Of a stretch of 64,000 nucleotides of DNA, positions 14,807 to 26,228 are shown one piece after another. The translations under genes were made by a program, and so were the position numbers. Source of the DNA: Fimbriosthenelais zetlandica. Lineage: Eukaryota. The stretch is from NCBI GenBank assembly GCA_977030845.1, contig OZ365113.1, forward strand, positions 39,308,001-39,372,000, given 5' to 3'. The notes beneath the pieces are model-generated. The model had not been told where the DNA came from, ran no database searches, and was given only the letters and a program-made list of their open reading frames with translations. Each line of letters begins with the position of its first letter. Positions within the stretch are counted from its first letter, which is position 1.

Positions 14807-15156
14807 GCGAGCGGCCCTTCGTGTGTGATATTTGTCAGAGAGCCTTTAACCAGAAGAACGCGCTACAGATCCACATGAAGAAACATAATGGCGAGCGACC
14901 CCATAAATGCCCATATTGTAACCTGGCTTTTACACAGAAAGGTAACCTCAAGACCCACATAAAGCGGGCCCACCATATCGACATGATCCAAACCATGAAC
15001 ATCGCCCCCCAGTCACTCACTGCTGAAGAGGAAGCCGGAGGTGCTGAAACAGACGAGGTGGATCCATCTCAAACACAGGTCAACTTGAAGGCTGAAACCG
15101 CAGCAGAAGAGGGCATGGATCTCGATGGTGTAGTTAACCAACTTCTAGCCCAATAA
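14807..15156 (+). CDS. ZNF236: Terminal coding exon of the ZNF236-like gene: two C2H2 fingers plus an acidic tail, stop TAA at 15154-15156
   Basis: Reads (G)[55 protein letters not shown]...; AFNQKxALQxHMKKH and FTQKxNxKxHxKRAH match the last two ZNF236 fingers as recalled. The GTG start in the ORF track is an artefact. Confidence 0.92.
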
Positions 15157-15818
15157 CCCCGGCTAAAGGCTTAAATGTTTTCTATTTCTGAAATCAATGA
15201 CCATTTTACCTGTTACAGGAGTTGCGCTTATTGCGAAAGATTTTCTAACTAGCTGCACATCACCAGATGTATAAGTACTGATTTATTCATGCAATAGACA
15301 TGGGGTGAGTTAATCACATTGATTGGATGCTATTTATATATGATGAAAATGTAGTCAAAATGTCATCCACCGCTTCAAAGAACGTATGAGAACGGGAATG
15401 GTGTAATTGCTGAAAAAAGAGGTTTTGTGTATATATTTGTTTTTTTCTCTTGAAATTTGGTTAATGCCTCATTCACACTTTGTATTGTCAATAGACATGA
15501 TACTAAAAACCAATGCCAGATTTCCAGATCACCAGTCATTGAACTGCTGTTGCAATACTATATGTCCACCGTCGGGTATATTTACGTTTAGATGACTCCT
15601 GTCCTGTCCAATGTTTAACCATTCTAAAGCCCAAATGAATGATTGAGGCTGAAGCAAATGAAGGTAGATTAGAATAATTTTGTTGCAATGAGGGTTTCTA
15701 CTTCTGTAAATTCTATTGCTGCTGGTTATTGAATGCGTGAACGATGAATTATCACAGCAATGTTATGCAATTTTATTGTGCTGTTTATGTATTACCTGTT
15801 TTACTCTATTAGGGTTAA

Positions 15819-15828
15819 AATAAATAAA
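15819..15828 (+). terminator. Overlapping AATAAA polyadenylation signals ending a ~0.7-kb 3' UTR
   Basis: AATAAA at 15819-15824 and 15823-15828, following an AT-rich, UTR-like tract downstream of the stop codon. Confidence 0.6.
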
Positions 15829-15977
15829 AAATGAAAAATATAATATGTTAGCATTGTGAATGTTTGGTAACTAGCAGGCATTAATCATACCAATGTAGAA
15901 AGTATGTTAAATGTTAGATATTGTGCTAGATTTGATTGATAGTCGGGACATTGGAATGCTAATCCCCAAGCTATTAA

Positions 15978-16376
15978 GGGCCTGTTTCAGAAAAATCCAT
16001 TAGCGATGGTAAGTGTATGGGAATTTTTTGTGCGCTGAAACGGACCCCAAGTCATGTATATAATCTCTAACTACGCAAAGAATACCTGTTCATTCCACGC
16101 AAGTAAGACTTCCCAAGTTAACTTATGTACCCACACCCTGGCACTACTCTGCCGATATGCTAATGAAAGTATGCTAAGAGCTTCAGGGTATATGAATCTT
16201 CTGCCAAGGTCAATTATGAATCTAGCATCTGCAGTGAATGAGTTTGTCAAGCGGTGCAAAGCTGCTGTTAAGGCGAGGTTGCCAGGGTTACTTCTGCCAA
16301 GCGTCCCTTTTTCGGACAACAGTGCCAAGTCTGTCACAAATTCCCCGCAAGTTACAGATGTTTCTGAAACAAGACC
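15978..16376. mobile_element. About 400-bp non-autonomous MITE, possibly PIF/Harbinger-like
   Basis: Left end GGGCCTGTTTCAGAAAAATC versus reverse complement of right end GGTCTTGTTTCAGAAACATC, 17/20 identical. The left flank is TAA but the right flank is AAT, so the TSD is not clean. Confidence 0.55.
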
Positions 16377-16419
16377 AATAAGGTTCATGCCAGTATTTAT
16401 GCGAACTTGCCACAGACTA

Positions 16420-16900
16420 TTGTAGCGTGTCTCGGCGGGGTTTTTTCCCCACCGTCGCTGGCTGTCGTCTGCAGTTTGTCACGAGCTAAGTAAGCCTTCC
16501 GTTCCGCTGACAAGCGCACACAAAGTGTGCCCGATCTGATGAACTCTGGTCAAACTTTGTCAACTTGACTCTCGGTCCAAATCAGACCAGTTTTGTTCAT
16601 CGAAGCATCCCGACGCCTGCTGCTCCTTCTTTCCCTCCAGCGACGCCTTGCCTGACCATGCCAGTGTGAATTTTTCACTGTCGCTAGGTGGCCATAGCGC
16701 GCCTGTCGCGGGCGGCAGCCGTGGTCGCGCCGATTCCGTGATCCTGTCCCGTGTTGTTTCGCGGCGGATAACGCGTCATGACACTCATTACGTGGTGAGG
16801 CGAGGCAGGCGAGTTAATTTGAAATATTGGAAGGGTCAGGGTGAATCGGCAAGAACAAGCGTGGCTGCTCGTCGCTGGGAGGCACGTTTCCTAGAGCTGC
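16420..16900. promoter_or_regulatory. CpG-dense island with a CTCF-like motif at 16681-16694
   Basis: High density of CG/CGCG by eye; TCGCTAGGTGGCCA resembles the CTCF core CCRSYAGRKGGCR. Confidence 0.45.
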
Positions 16901-18377
16901 TCAATGATTCCAGTACAATACCACTCTCTCACACACATTCACCTCAATTACACACATCCTACTCACTCCTACAGTTCATTCATATATATGCCTTGAATTA
17001 TAACATTGTTAAGGAAAGATTTCAGGCACCTTTTCTCCTTTTATATTCCTTGGTTCTATTTCTGTTTTTTGAATTGTTGTAGACCTAATTATATTGTGAT
17101 GAGATTCACCTTGGTGGGCTTAGATTTTCAAGTTTGAATGCTTGAGACAAACACAAAGAAATGTGATAAACCCTTAATGTGAGCAGGAAAACGTAGCTTT
17201 AACATAGATTCTTCACTCCTGCTGAGAAGCAAACAAGATAAGCGAGGAGGAGTAATGCGTTTAGGACGATGTCTTATTAAGGAAAGCTGCGTTTCTGTTA
17301 GATAACAGACTATGGTTACAAACACAGATTTCTCAAGCCAACCGCCTCTATTCGTCCCTGTGACTTGATGACGTGTGCCTTTCCTTTAATATGCAAAATA
17401 TATATATGCACTTTTTTTTTCCAGGCTGTTTGGCCATAAAAAGTAGCTCCACTTCCGGAGTCTCAATGTCTAGATCTTTGAACATAGGCACCCATTTCAT
17501 TGCGAGCGCCTGCCCTGATGCTTTTGTTAGTTGGAGGATATTTGGGTATTTCAGCATCCGTTTAATGAACTTTTGTGATCAAAAGTGAATGATGTGCACA
17601 GAAGAACAAGAATAAAATACCAGACAGCGAAAATATGAGGTTCTGCACTTCATTACCACAAATTCAAAATGAATAGCTACAAAACGTCTAAGACATGCTC
17701 ATCTATTGAAGAAATGAATAGAGAAAATGGAGAACTGAAAAACAGAAAATAGAGGAAAGTCGTTCACCTATGACGTATGAAGACTGTTCCCCTGTGTGAC
17801 TATTTGTTCCCCGCGACACTGACCTCTCTCGGTGGTGCGCGTGCGCAGAACTGATTTATGATGACGTGACTGTCTTCTGGTATGACCGCGGAGTGACCAG
17901 TTGTCATTAGGCTTGTTCACCTGGTCTGTTACCATGGTGATGGACAGCTGGACACGGACCAAGAGGTACACCCAAGTCTTTTGATGTGGACAGTGATGGC
18001 TGTACGGCTGGCCACCCGGGCTACATCCATCGTCCAGTCCTCCTCCGCCACCATCAGGTACTGGGCTGGTGGAGGGCACCCCTGACAACCCAAGGAACAC
18101 ATCTTACAAGCTCTCTCTGACTTCTAATCATCATTATCACAATTATTTCCATTCTCATTGATAGAGAAAGAACATTATATATTGTAGTCCTACACATGGC
18201 CAAATTGGAAGTAAGAAATTACACCATGGGCATGTGGCAGGGAGATAGTAGCTAAAACAATGGGGAAGTATAATGCTGAAGGAATTCTCCTGTGGACTTA
18301 ATCGGGCATTTTTTCGGGTATTAGCAATTCCTTCCACGATCCGAAATCTGGATATATAATTGTACTAACTTATAGCC

Positions 18378-18708
18378 TATATCCACTCATGCGGTTGGGA
18401 TGATTTTATGAGGATTCTGGCTTGAGTATGAGCCACGATGACCATCCGCAAACCTCATACTCTAGACAATCGCAACGTTATATCCACTTTCGCGGTTGGC
18501 TTAAGTACAGCCGCAAGGCAAAAGCCTTGATTCTAGCCGCATCAAGCCTATTCTAGGCCTTGCGGCCCATACGCGGCCCGTCCGCGAGCCAACCGCATCA
18601 TATCAAAAACTTTTGATTTTTGTAAGGCCAGCCGCACGCTTGTGAGGCTGGCCGCAAGCTTACCATCCGCATCATCAGTCATAAAGGCTAGCCGCATAAG
18701 TGGATATA
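18378..18708. mobile_element. About 330-bp TA-flanked MITE with a duplicated left end and internal CCGC-core repeats
   Basis: TATATCCACTCATGCGGTTGG (18378-18398) versus reverse complement of 18688-18708, TATATCCACTTATGCGGCTAG, 18/21 identical. A second left end lies at 18479-18499. Confidence 0.8.
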
Positions 18709-20939
18709 CGCTATTAGAAGTACCGGTATTTAGAAAACCCCTGACTTTCGCGGGAGAATTCGCGTGTCTGTCTGATCGTCAACGTCACGCAGTTCCCGTC
18801 GTGATTGTCACCGGAAGTCCAAAGCAGACGACATTTGAAGGAAGCCACGTGATTCCTGCTCTGACTGGTGGCCTGGGTCGTGGGCAGATTTCGCATGTTG
18901 GGGCTGTGGTAAATGTAGCTGGAGGTGACATCTCGTGTCTTGGTCAGGATAATCACTGTCCCTACGCTGCTTCTGCTCGTGCTAAACAGACCATCACATC
19001 TCTGCTACACTGCGCTACAGGGCCCTATTGCTGGGAACGATCAAGGTGATTACGTCAATGAGTAGGCCTAGATCTGTATGGACTTTTCAAAGTTTTGTAT
19101 CCAAATGCTATGTTGCTCTAATCGTTGTCCTTTGTCCTCTATAGGTAGTTTCGTGATCATAGGCCTAATCCTGAAGGTATAGGACCATGAGGATTCATGC
19201 ATGTGTCTTACTTAAGTTATGGTCAGAAGAAGGCGTGTGATAAAAATTCATTCACAAGTCATTCACATATATATACATTGTATGTAACTGCATTCATATC
19301 TTCAAAGGCTTTTGATATTTATTCTTGGTGTTAGTGCAAGCGCAAAGAATGGTATATCAACATGCAGTATTTGATGTATATGCATTCACATACACGTGAA
19401 TATCTTATGCACGCACACCTCTGTCTGGGCCTATGTTTAATGTCTTTTACTCTATCGTTCTTGCGGGATGTCTCCCATAATAGATTTGTCTGACATTAGG
19501 GGACAAATCGATACAGCTTTTATTTCTCTACATTGTGTAGGGCCACACAAATGCAATTCGTTGAGGTCTAGCACTATTAAATAAAAACTTGCTTTTCACG
19601 GGCGATGGCGCAGGTTAGAGGCGAAGGATTTGGCAGCCACCCGGGCAACCACACACGCGCCATCTTCAGGCGCGAGGCTCAAGTGGTGAGCAGGGTGGGT
19701 GGGGAAGGCGACCTACGAGCGTTCCAAACTGGCAAGTCTATCAGTCGCTGATTGACACGTAATTTGTGAGAGATAAGCAAGGTTGTGGACCATTAGGCTT
19801 GATAGATTGGCAAGGGCTTGGAGGCCCGACCACCGCCAAGCCACCGATTGATGCACTCAGCCCTACCTTAGCGCCAGGCACTGACACTGATAAATTCAGG
19901 ATTGCTGCCACAGGAGGTGTCCACTACAGCTCAACTTGAAAAGAATTCATCAACTTGGCCAGTCATGTTCCCTCCACCTACCCAAGCAAGGAGAGGCAGG
20001 AGGAGTAGGGCCCTATACAATGACCTTATTTTGCCCTCAGTACCCTCAACTCTTCCCCTCCGTCTTCAACTCCCTTAACCCACCCATCCTCTCCACATTT
20101 TTTTTTATTCAATTGGCCAAAACCTCATCCACCGCCCCCTTTTCACTTTTCCCCCACCTCTCCTCTCCGGGAATTATGCATGATGTTTTGCGGCCTGCCC
20201 TAGCGTGTAATGGTAAAGTGTAGTGTAAATTGTGGCCGTGTGTGGCTCTGCGGTTTTAGCCGGGGGTGAGACGGTTGCGGAGCGCCCCCTGTCGTCGCGC
20301 TAATTGACTACACAATTGATGCTGTCAGCCTCACCTGGTTACATGTCAATCTGGCCGCAGCCACCACCACCACCAGTGTCTCCTCCTCCTCTAACTCCTC
20401 CTCTCCATACTGTCACCATGGAGACGACCGGAGGGTGGGGGACCAACAGTGCAGGATGGGCCAATTCCCAGGCAGGTTACACACACAAAACACACACACA
20501 CTCTGCACACATCATATGAGGTCTACCCCAAGACAGACATAAGTGTATAACTAAACATAAAGTGATATGCTTTCAAAAAACCACATCAAATATTTTACGA
20601 CCTAGACCTACTGTAGACTAGCACTAAAAAAGAGATGCAAAGAAAAGCCTAAATTGCAAAAAGAGAACAACCCATAAATGCCAAGCTGGAGAATAAATTT
20701 GCTAAGTAGGCCTACACAGGTCCCTTTAAATCAGGCTATAGTCAATGGATAAAATATTGCAAGTTTTAATGAAGTAGGCTAACATAAAGATTTACCACTT
20801 TGTCAAACTATTTTGCACATTTTCTTTTTGCCTGAGACTTCCTTGCCTATCTCTTTTTCAATGCCAGTCCACTTGTTTTCCTTGTGTACTGATTGTCATG
20901 ATCACCTTCACGGGAGACTAGGTAATGTTTCATTTTTTG

Positions 20940-21600
20940 AGAACAGGAAGTTGAGCGGTGCTTCTAATGCTCTTTAGTCAGACCGGAAGTAGGTGCAAAT
21001 GTCAGCAGCCTTTAAGCGATGGGATGACGAATGGCCGGCGCATGAGAAATATGCCGTCCGAGATATGAAATAACCTGCCATTCTCTGCAAGCTGAGCGCA
21101 TATGTGAAACAGAATCAAAATGGCGCCGGTCTTTGTATGTCAAGAGATGGTTGTGGGCTGAGGACGCCAGATTCATCACGGGTTGTGCTAGGCCGGCCTT
21201 TGGACCTGTCTTTTTACCGATGACAAATGGACACATTCATCATATTGAGCAAAGTCTGCCAAACCTGATGTGGGGGGCCACTATCAATCCCTGCCTGGCG
21301 CCAAGTACAATGGGCTCATGGGAAGATGGCGGCGCCCACTGCCACAACATGGCGCGCAAACTCTCGTCCTTTGACGTGAACTCTCAGACCTGTCTCTCAC
21401 GTGGAATGACACCTCGATTCCTGTGCAAACATGGCCTTCCCATGACCATCCATCCTGCCCTGTCCCAATCAAATTTCAGTGTTTGTAAGCAATTGATTAA
21501 AATTTTGATAAATTTTTCCTGTGGCTCCACATAGGGGTGGGCTGATTCGTCTCTGTCATTCGTGGAGACATTGATGACGTAGTATGGCGGCATTGCCTGC
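20940..21600. promoter_or_regulatory. GC-richer island with ETS (GGAAGT) sites and three YY1-type AANATGGCG sites
   Basis: accggaagt at about 20982; AAAATGGCG 21117, AAGATGGCGGC 21323, AACATGGCG 21346. Confidence 0.4.
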
Positions 21601-21830
21601 TCATCCCTCTCATTGCCCAGTCTGTCCGAGGATCTGTAAACAGTCCCTTATTCTACTAAACATTTTCATTTTTTTACTCGTTCCATATTGAGTAAAACTA
21701 ACAGGCTGGGGCAGGACCTTGTTATTTTGCTAAGTTTAAAGAGATACGAAAGACTAGGTAGGCCTAGCCGGAAGTTATTTTCCTAGACTTTAGATCTGTC
21801 CTTAGAAGCCTTTGATTTGTTGAGTTCTTA

Positions 21831-21942
21831 ACCATGATGTCCATTACCATCCACTAGCCTACTCATGAATTGATTTTATTGAGTTTTTGACCATCATATC
21901 CGTTACCATGATGTCCATTATCATCCACTACTCATAGATTGA
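21831..21942. repeat. Degenerate local duplication, period 74 bp
   Basis: accatgatgtccattaccatccacta at 21831 versus accatgatgtccattatcatccacta at 21905. Confidence 0.75.
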
Positions 21943-23099
21943 TAGGCCTAATAGATCTAATAGATGGATTCGTTGGGGGTGGGGGGGGGGGGGGGGGGGG
22001 GTGGAGATTACTAATGTTACAGGATGTAGGCCTATTTACACAAAATGCTTGAAATGTTTTCCAGTAGCTGATTTGCTGTTAGGCCTACTGTATCATTGAG
22101 TCTGTTTTAACGTTAGTGTTTTAGGCCTAGGCCTATAATATTATGTAAGAGATAAGTTAACTTTGATGGCATTTAGGTCTATCACGATAGGTGTTATAGC
22201 CAGTATGGCCGTAGAAGACGGGAGATAGGATGACACCACCCACAATCCTGGTCATCTCCACATGTTTCTTAATTCACAAAAATTAAAGGTAAGAAAAAAT
22301 AGGTAGAACTCGCCGTACCCAGTGGGGCTGGGAGAAAGCACGGCTCCGCGTCACCACTGGCGCTCTAGCTGTCATCTACCATTGACGCTAATGCTAAAAT
22401 CATAACATAAATTTACAAAATCCGAGATCCTAAATAATTTTATCAGAAATTTTATTTAAAATGTCATGCCTATTGAAGAATCCTCATTCCATTTTCTTAC
22501 ATATTTATAATTATTTTATTAATATTTATTATTATTAATGAATTTATGGGTTACATAGTACATGTACATAAGTAATACGTCAATTTAACGTCGATAGTTG
22601 TCTGTCTCTCTCTCTCTCCCCCCCCCCCCCCCCCCCCCCGCCCTCCCCCTTTATTTAAAAGGACTTGCTTGCCTTTATGATATCCTATCTATTGTTTCCA
22701 GGTGGTACGATTGTGCAGTAGATATGTAATGATTTGACCGCATCCACGACTGCCTACCTAGGGGTATAGCTAGCCGACCATCTACCCACTCCGCGACGCC
22801 TCCAGACAAGCTATCACCCTGCTCCAGTATATAGTGCCAATGTCTACATGTGCCAATGTCTACCTGTGTGGTCAGCGAGGAAGCAGGGATGGCGAGCGCT
22901 ATGTGTGTTTATATGTGGTCGTAGCAACTCCATTGGAACGTTTAATAGGGTGCAAATTACAAATCAGTTGTATATGAGCCGCTACAACTCAGGATACTAT
23001 ATATTAGTTAAGCTATAGAGGCCAATGTTACATTTATGTGGACTTAGTTCCTCTGTGAACTGTATGGGAGGCCGCACCCACACTTCCCGGCCAAACCCA

Positions 23100-24750
23100 A
23101 CCGCAATCGCTACTGCTGACCTGTATTAGTGCTTTGGATATGACTCCAATCGACTGCCCATAGGGCAAAAATTATTTGGCCCCCCGTACCCCTCCCAAGC
23201 CCCCGACCTTCACCTCCAGCCCCATGTCCACTCCAGACACCCACCCAAACCTGCTCCCAAAATTTCAGCGCTAATCTTTAAGGCTAACATATCTAAATCC
23301 AGCGGATTCGGCAAAAGTGTCCCGCCCATAGGCTCAATGTTAAAAATCACTCTCGATTACAGGAATGTGTGCCATTGAGCCGGTTTGTCAGTCCACTCCA
23401 ATCGGCCTTTTCTCCACTTAATCTGTATTATTTTCACTCGGGACTATGTCTATTTCACAATTATAACCCCTACTAACAAATATCAGAAGAACAAAGAAGA
23501 AAAACGAGGAAAACCCCGATTTCCAACAAAGTTGACAAATCGGCCACGCGTATACCGGCCTATAATTTGGCCTTTTAAAAACCTTAACAGCGCCCTCTCA
23601 CTAAAAGTCGAATAAGTTGAATAACTTTGTAAATAATGGGTCTAAAATTACGAATAAAACGGATTATTCTTAGTTGACAGCATCTCCATGTGTCTGTGTG
23701 GTTTTTGTGTTGATGAAATTAATTTAAAATTTCTGATTTTGAAAATGATGCCAATTTGAGGCTTTAGCATTGGACTCAATGGGAGGAGCAGCCAGCGCGA
23801 CAGTGGCGACCCGAGATTTGAGGCGGCGGCGGAACGGTGAACTATTCTACTGTGATCTACCCCAACGTACCGAGACGGGAGGAGACAGCTTTGGCTATCA
23901 CGATCATAGTACTGTAGTTCAGCGTTCCGCCGCTTTATATCTGGGGTCGCTTTATCGCGCTAGCTGGCTCCTTCCATAGAGATCAATGCTGAAGTACTGT
24001 AGTTCAGCGTTCCGCCGCTTTATATCTGGGGTCGCTTTATCGCGCTAGCTGGCTCCTTCCATAGAGATCAATGCTGAAGTACTGTAGTTCAGCGTTCCGC
24101 CGCTTTATATCTGGGGTCGCTTTATCGCGCTAGCTGGCTCCTTCCAGAGAGATCAATGCTGATCGAAGTACTGTAGTTCAGCGTTCCGCCGCTTTATATC
24201 TGGGGTCGCTTTATCGCGCTATCGGGGTTTGACAAGGTTCTAAAGCACTTCTCATAAGTGGACACCGAGGGCTGGGTGGAGTATCTGTCCCGGTAAGGCG
24301 AGGCAGGCGAGGCTTGTACATGCCTACGGACACCGTACATTCACCCACCACCTGAGGGCGCCACTGTGCCGATAATTTAGCTTTTACCACGGTCTTGTCC
24401 GAGTTCGCACTCGTGGATCTGGACACCTCGAAAAATGCCTCATTTTTGAAAATCGAAATTTTTAGAAGCAGTTTCCACATTTATCTTCTATGCCACCCGC
24501 TAGAGAATTTCCCAACTAAGATTTTCCATTTTGAATTTTGAAAAAAGACCTAGTGGTTGCCGAGTTATTAAAGATTTTCGAAATCAGAGTCGTGACACGG
24601 ATTGTTCACGTCCTTGTCCGACAGAAAATGACACCCTCCTCTATTTCATGTTTAACTTGATTTCAGTCGTGAGAGGCGGAAGTGGTGGAGCGCTTGGACT
24701 GGGTACCTGCGCAATGAAGCATGAGACCATAGTAGCTTACTGTTTTTATT
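23100..24750. mobile_element. Possible non-autonomous transposon hosting the 85-bp array; boundaries uncertain
   Basis: Imperfect inverted pair at 23325-23344 and 23763-23783. The array's right edge reads GTCAAACCCCGATAGCGCGATAAAGCG on the minus strand, resembling pogo/Tc1-type MITE ends. No TSD was identified. Confidence 0.3.
23908..24221. repeat. 85-bp tandem array, three full units plus about 55 bp
   Basis: Units start at 23908, 23993, 24078 and 24167 (4-bp insertion before the last). They are nearly identical: AGTACTGTAGTTCAGCGTTCCGCCGCTTTATATCTGGGGTCGCTTTATCGCGCTAGCTGG... Confidence 0.97.
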
Positions 24751-26164
24751 GAATCTTGACCGGGATCTAGATCACTAGGTTATACAAAATGTGGATACAA
24801 AGGTTATATCGGATTTTAACGTCTTGATGTCTTCGCCAGCCTTTAGTATCAATTCAGGAAGGAGAGAAGACTTCATAAAGGTGGCGAGAAGGAGTTATAG
24901 GGGATAGGTATCGGCCTACTGCACAGTGACAGTGCGTGCATGGTGTTGGTCAGCTGTGTTCACTCATGTAAACAATGGACTGTGGTTCTCCTCCTCAGTA
25001 CTTGAGTAGAGACTCGGGGATCGTTCAACCGACGTACTGGAATAAGATCATTAAAATAGGACCTATAATAAACATGTATATTATTTCAGAGGCTATGGAA
25101 TCACATAATCCGGATAGTCACATAAACGCTTTAGTCTATGGTTATACAATGGCCTGAATGGCAAGATCCGCAGTCATGATGGAAGGACGTAAAGAAGATG
25201 ATAAACTGAACTGAGACTGGACTCATACTGGATCCATACCATGATACAGTTAGTATTAGTAACTGACCACACACACACTTTACGGCTATTTAATGTAAAT
25301 AAGGGACTCACTCACCTCATGAGGAGACATTTCTAGGTAAATGTCCACAGATCACCTGTGTGTGATTTGTAAACACCGCCATGCCTTCCACAATCCCCAC
25401 TAGAGGGAGGGCGGGGGCTGTAGAATCGGAATAAATCACCTGTGGTCATTCTAATAGTAACAGGGTTGGAAAATGATGGTTATGGAAAGTTATAAAGCCT
25501 GCTGATGTTGGTGACCTGTGAATCTGGCGAGCGAAGCGACACCAGACGTCGAGCGTCAAGCCTTGACAAGGCAGACTTTGACGGTGACAAATTATTCCTA
25601 TCATGAAATCGAATTTCGGCGTCACCCCTCCTTAAAATTTGTCAAATTATTAGTAAAAGCCTATCTACACAAAATCTTTTGCTTCATTTGCGGTAATGCA
25701 AATATAAATTACTACTCTGAGAAAATATTTCAACACAAAAATATTCCAACACATTTTTTAGATACTTTTGTTTTTATTTGTGCAACATCAAAGTAGGCTG
25801 AATAATTTCAATGGTTCATTTCAATAATTCTAAAGGTTTTACTTCTCCAGTAAACTTGAAACTACTGCCAGAGAAACCCGACCAGACGTTGATAATATCA
25901 TGTGGCAGTATAGTAACTATAATAAAAAAACCAGATGAGATGGAGGCTATCTCAGGCTCTGAGCTCAAATGCGCACATCATCAACGACACACCCCAACTG
26001 GAAAAGGTTCTTATAGGAACTGCAACACGCAAGTAGCAAAACACAAATTAATTTTTCTAAGTATGCCTATAGTGTAAAACAATAAGGAGGCCTACAGGCC
26101 TACGAGGATAAACGTAGGCGTATGTCCCTTTTGATGGGAATAAGTATACAATGTAGGCCTACAG

Positions 26165-26228
26165 TTGGCTCTATAGCCAAGGCCATAGACGTAGGCCTAT
26201 AGAGAGATCTGTACCTACGTCTATGGCC
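26165..26228. repeat. Two adjacent hairpins: a 6-bp stem and a perfect 15-bp stem with an 18-nt loop
   Basis: TTGGCT-ctat-AGCCAA at 26165-26180; GGCCATAGACGTAGG (26181-26195) pairs with CCTACGTCTATGGCC (26214-26228). Confidence 0.9.

Noticed and set aside
16054-17082. ORFs 16054-16425, 16071-16388 and 16648-17082
   Set aside because: They overlap a MITE and a CpG island, where stop codons are scarce, and show no protein-family features.
22834-22863. 16-bp-period duplication GTGCCAATGTCTAC
   Set aside because: An ordinary slippage duplication with no further structure.
23908-24221. CRISPR array (regular hairpins at fixed spacing)
   Set aside because: The whole 85-bp unit is repeated with no unique spacers, there are no cas genes, and the context is eukaryotic.
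16798-24311. Shared 16-mer AGGCGAGGCAGGCGAG at 16798 and 24296
   Set aside because: About one repeated 16-mer is expected by chance in 64 kb, the word is low-complexity, and the similarity does not extend.
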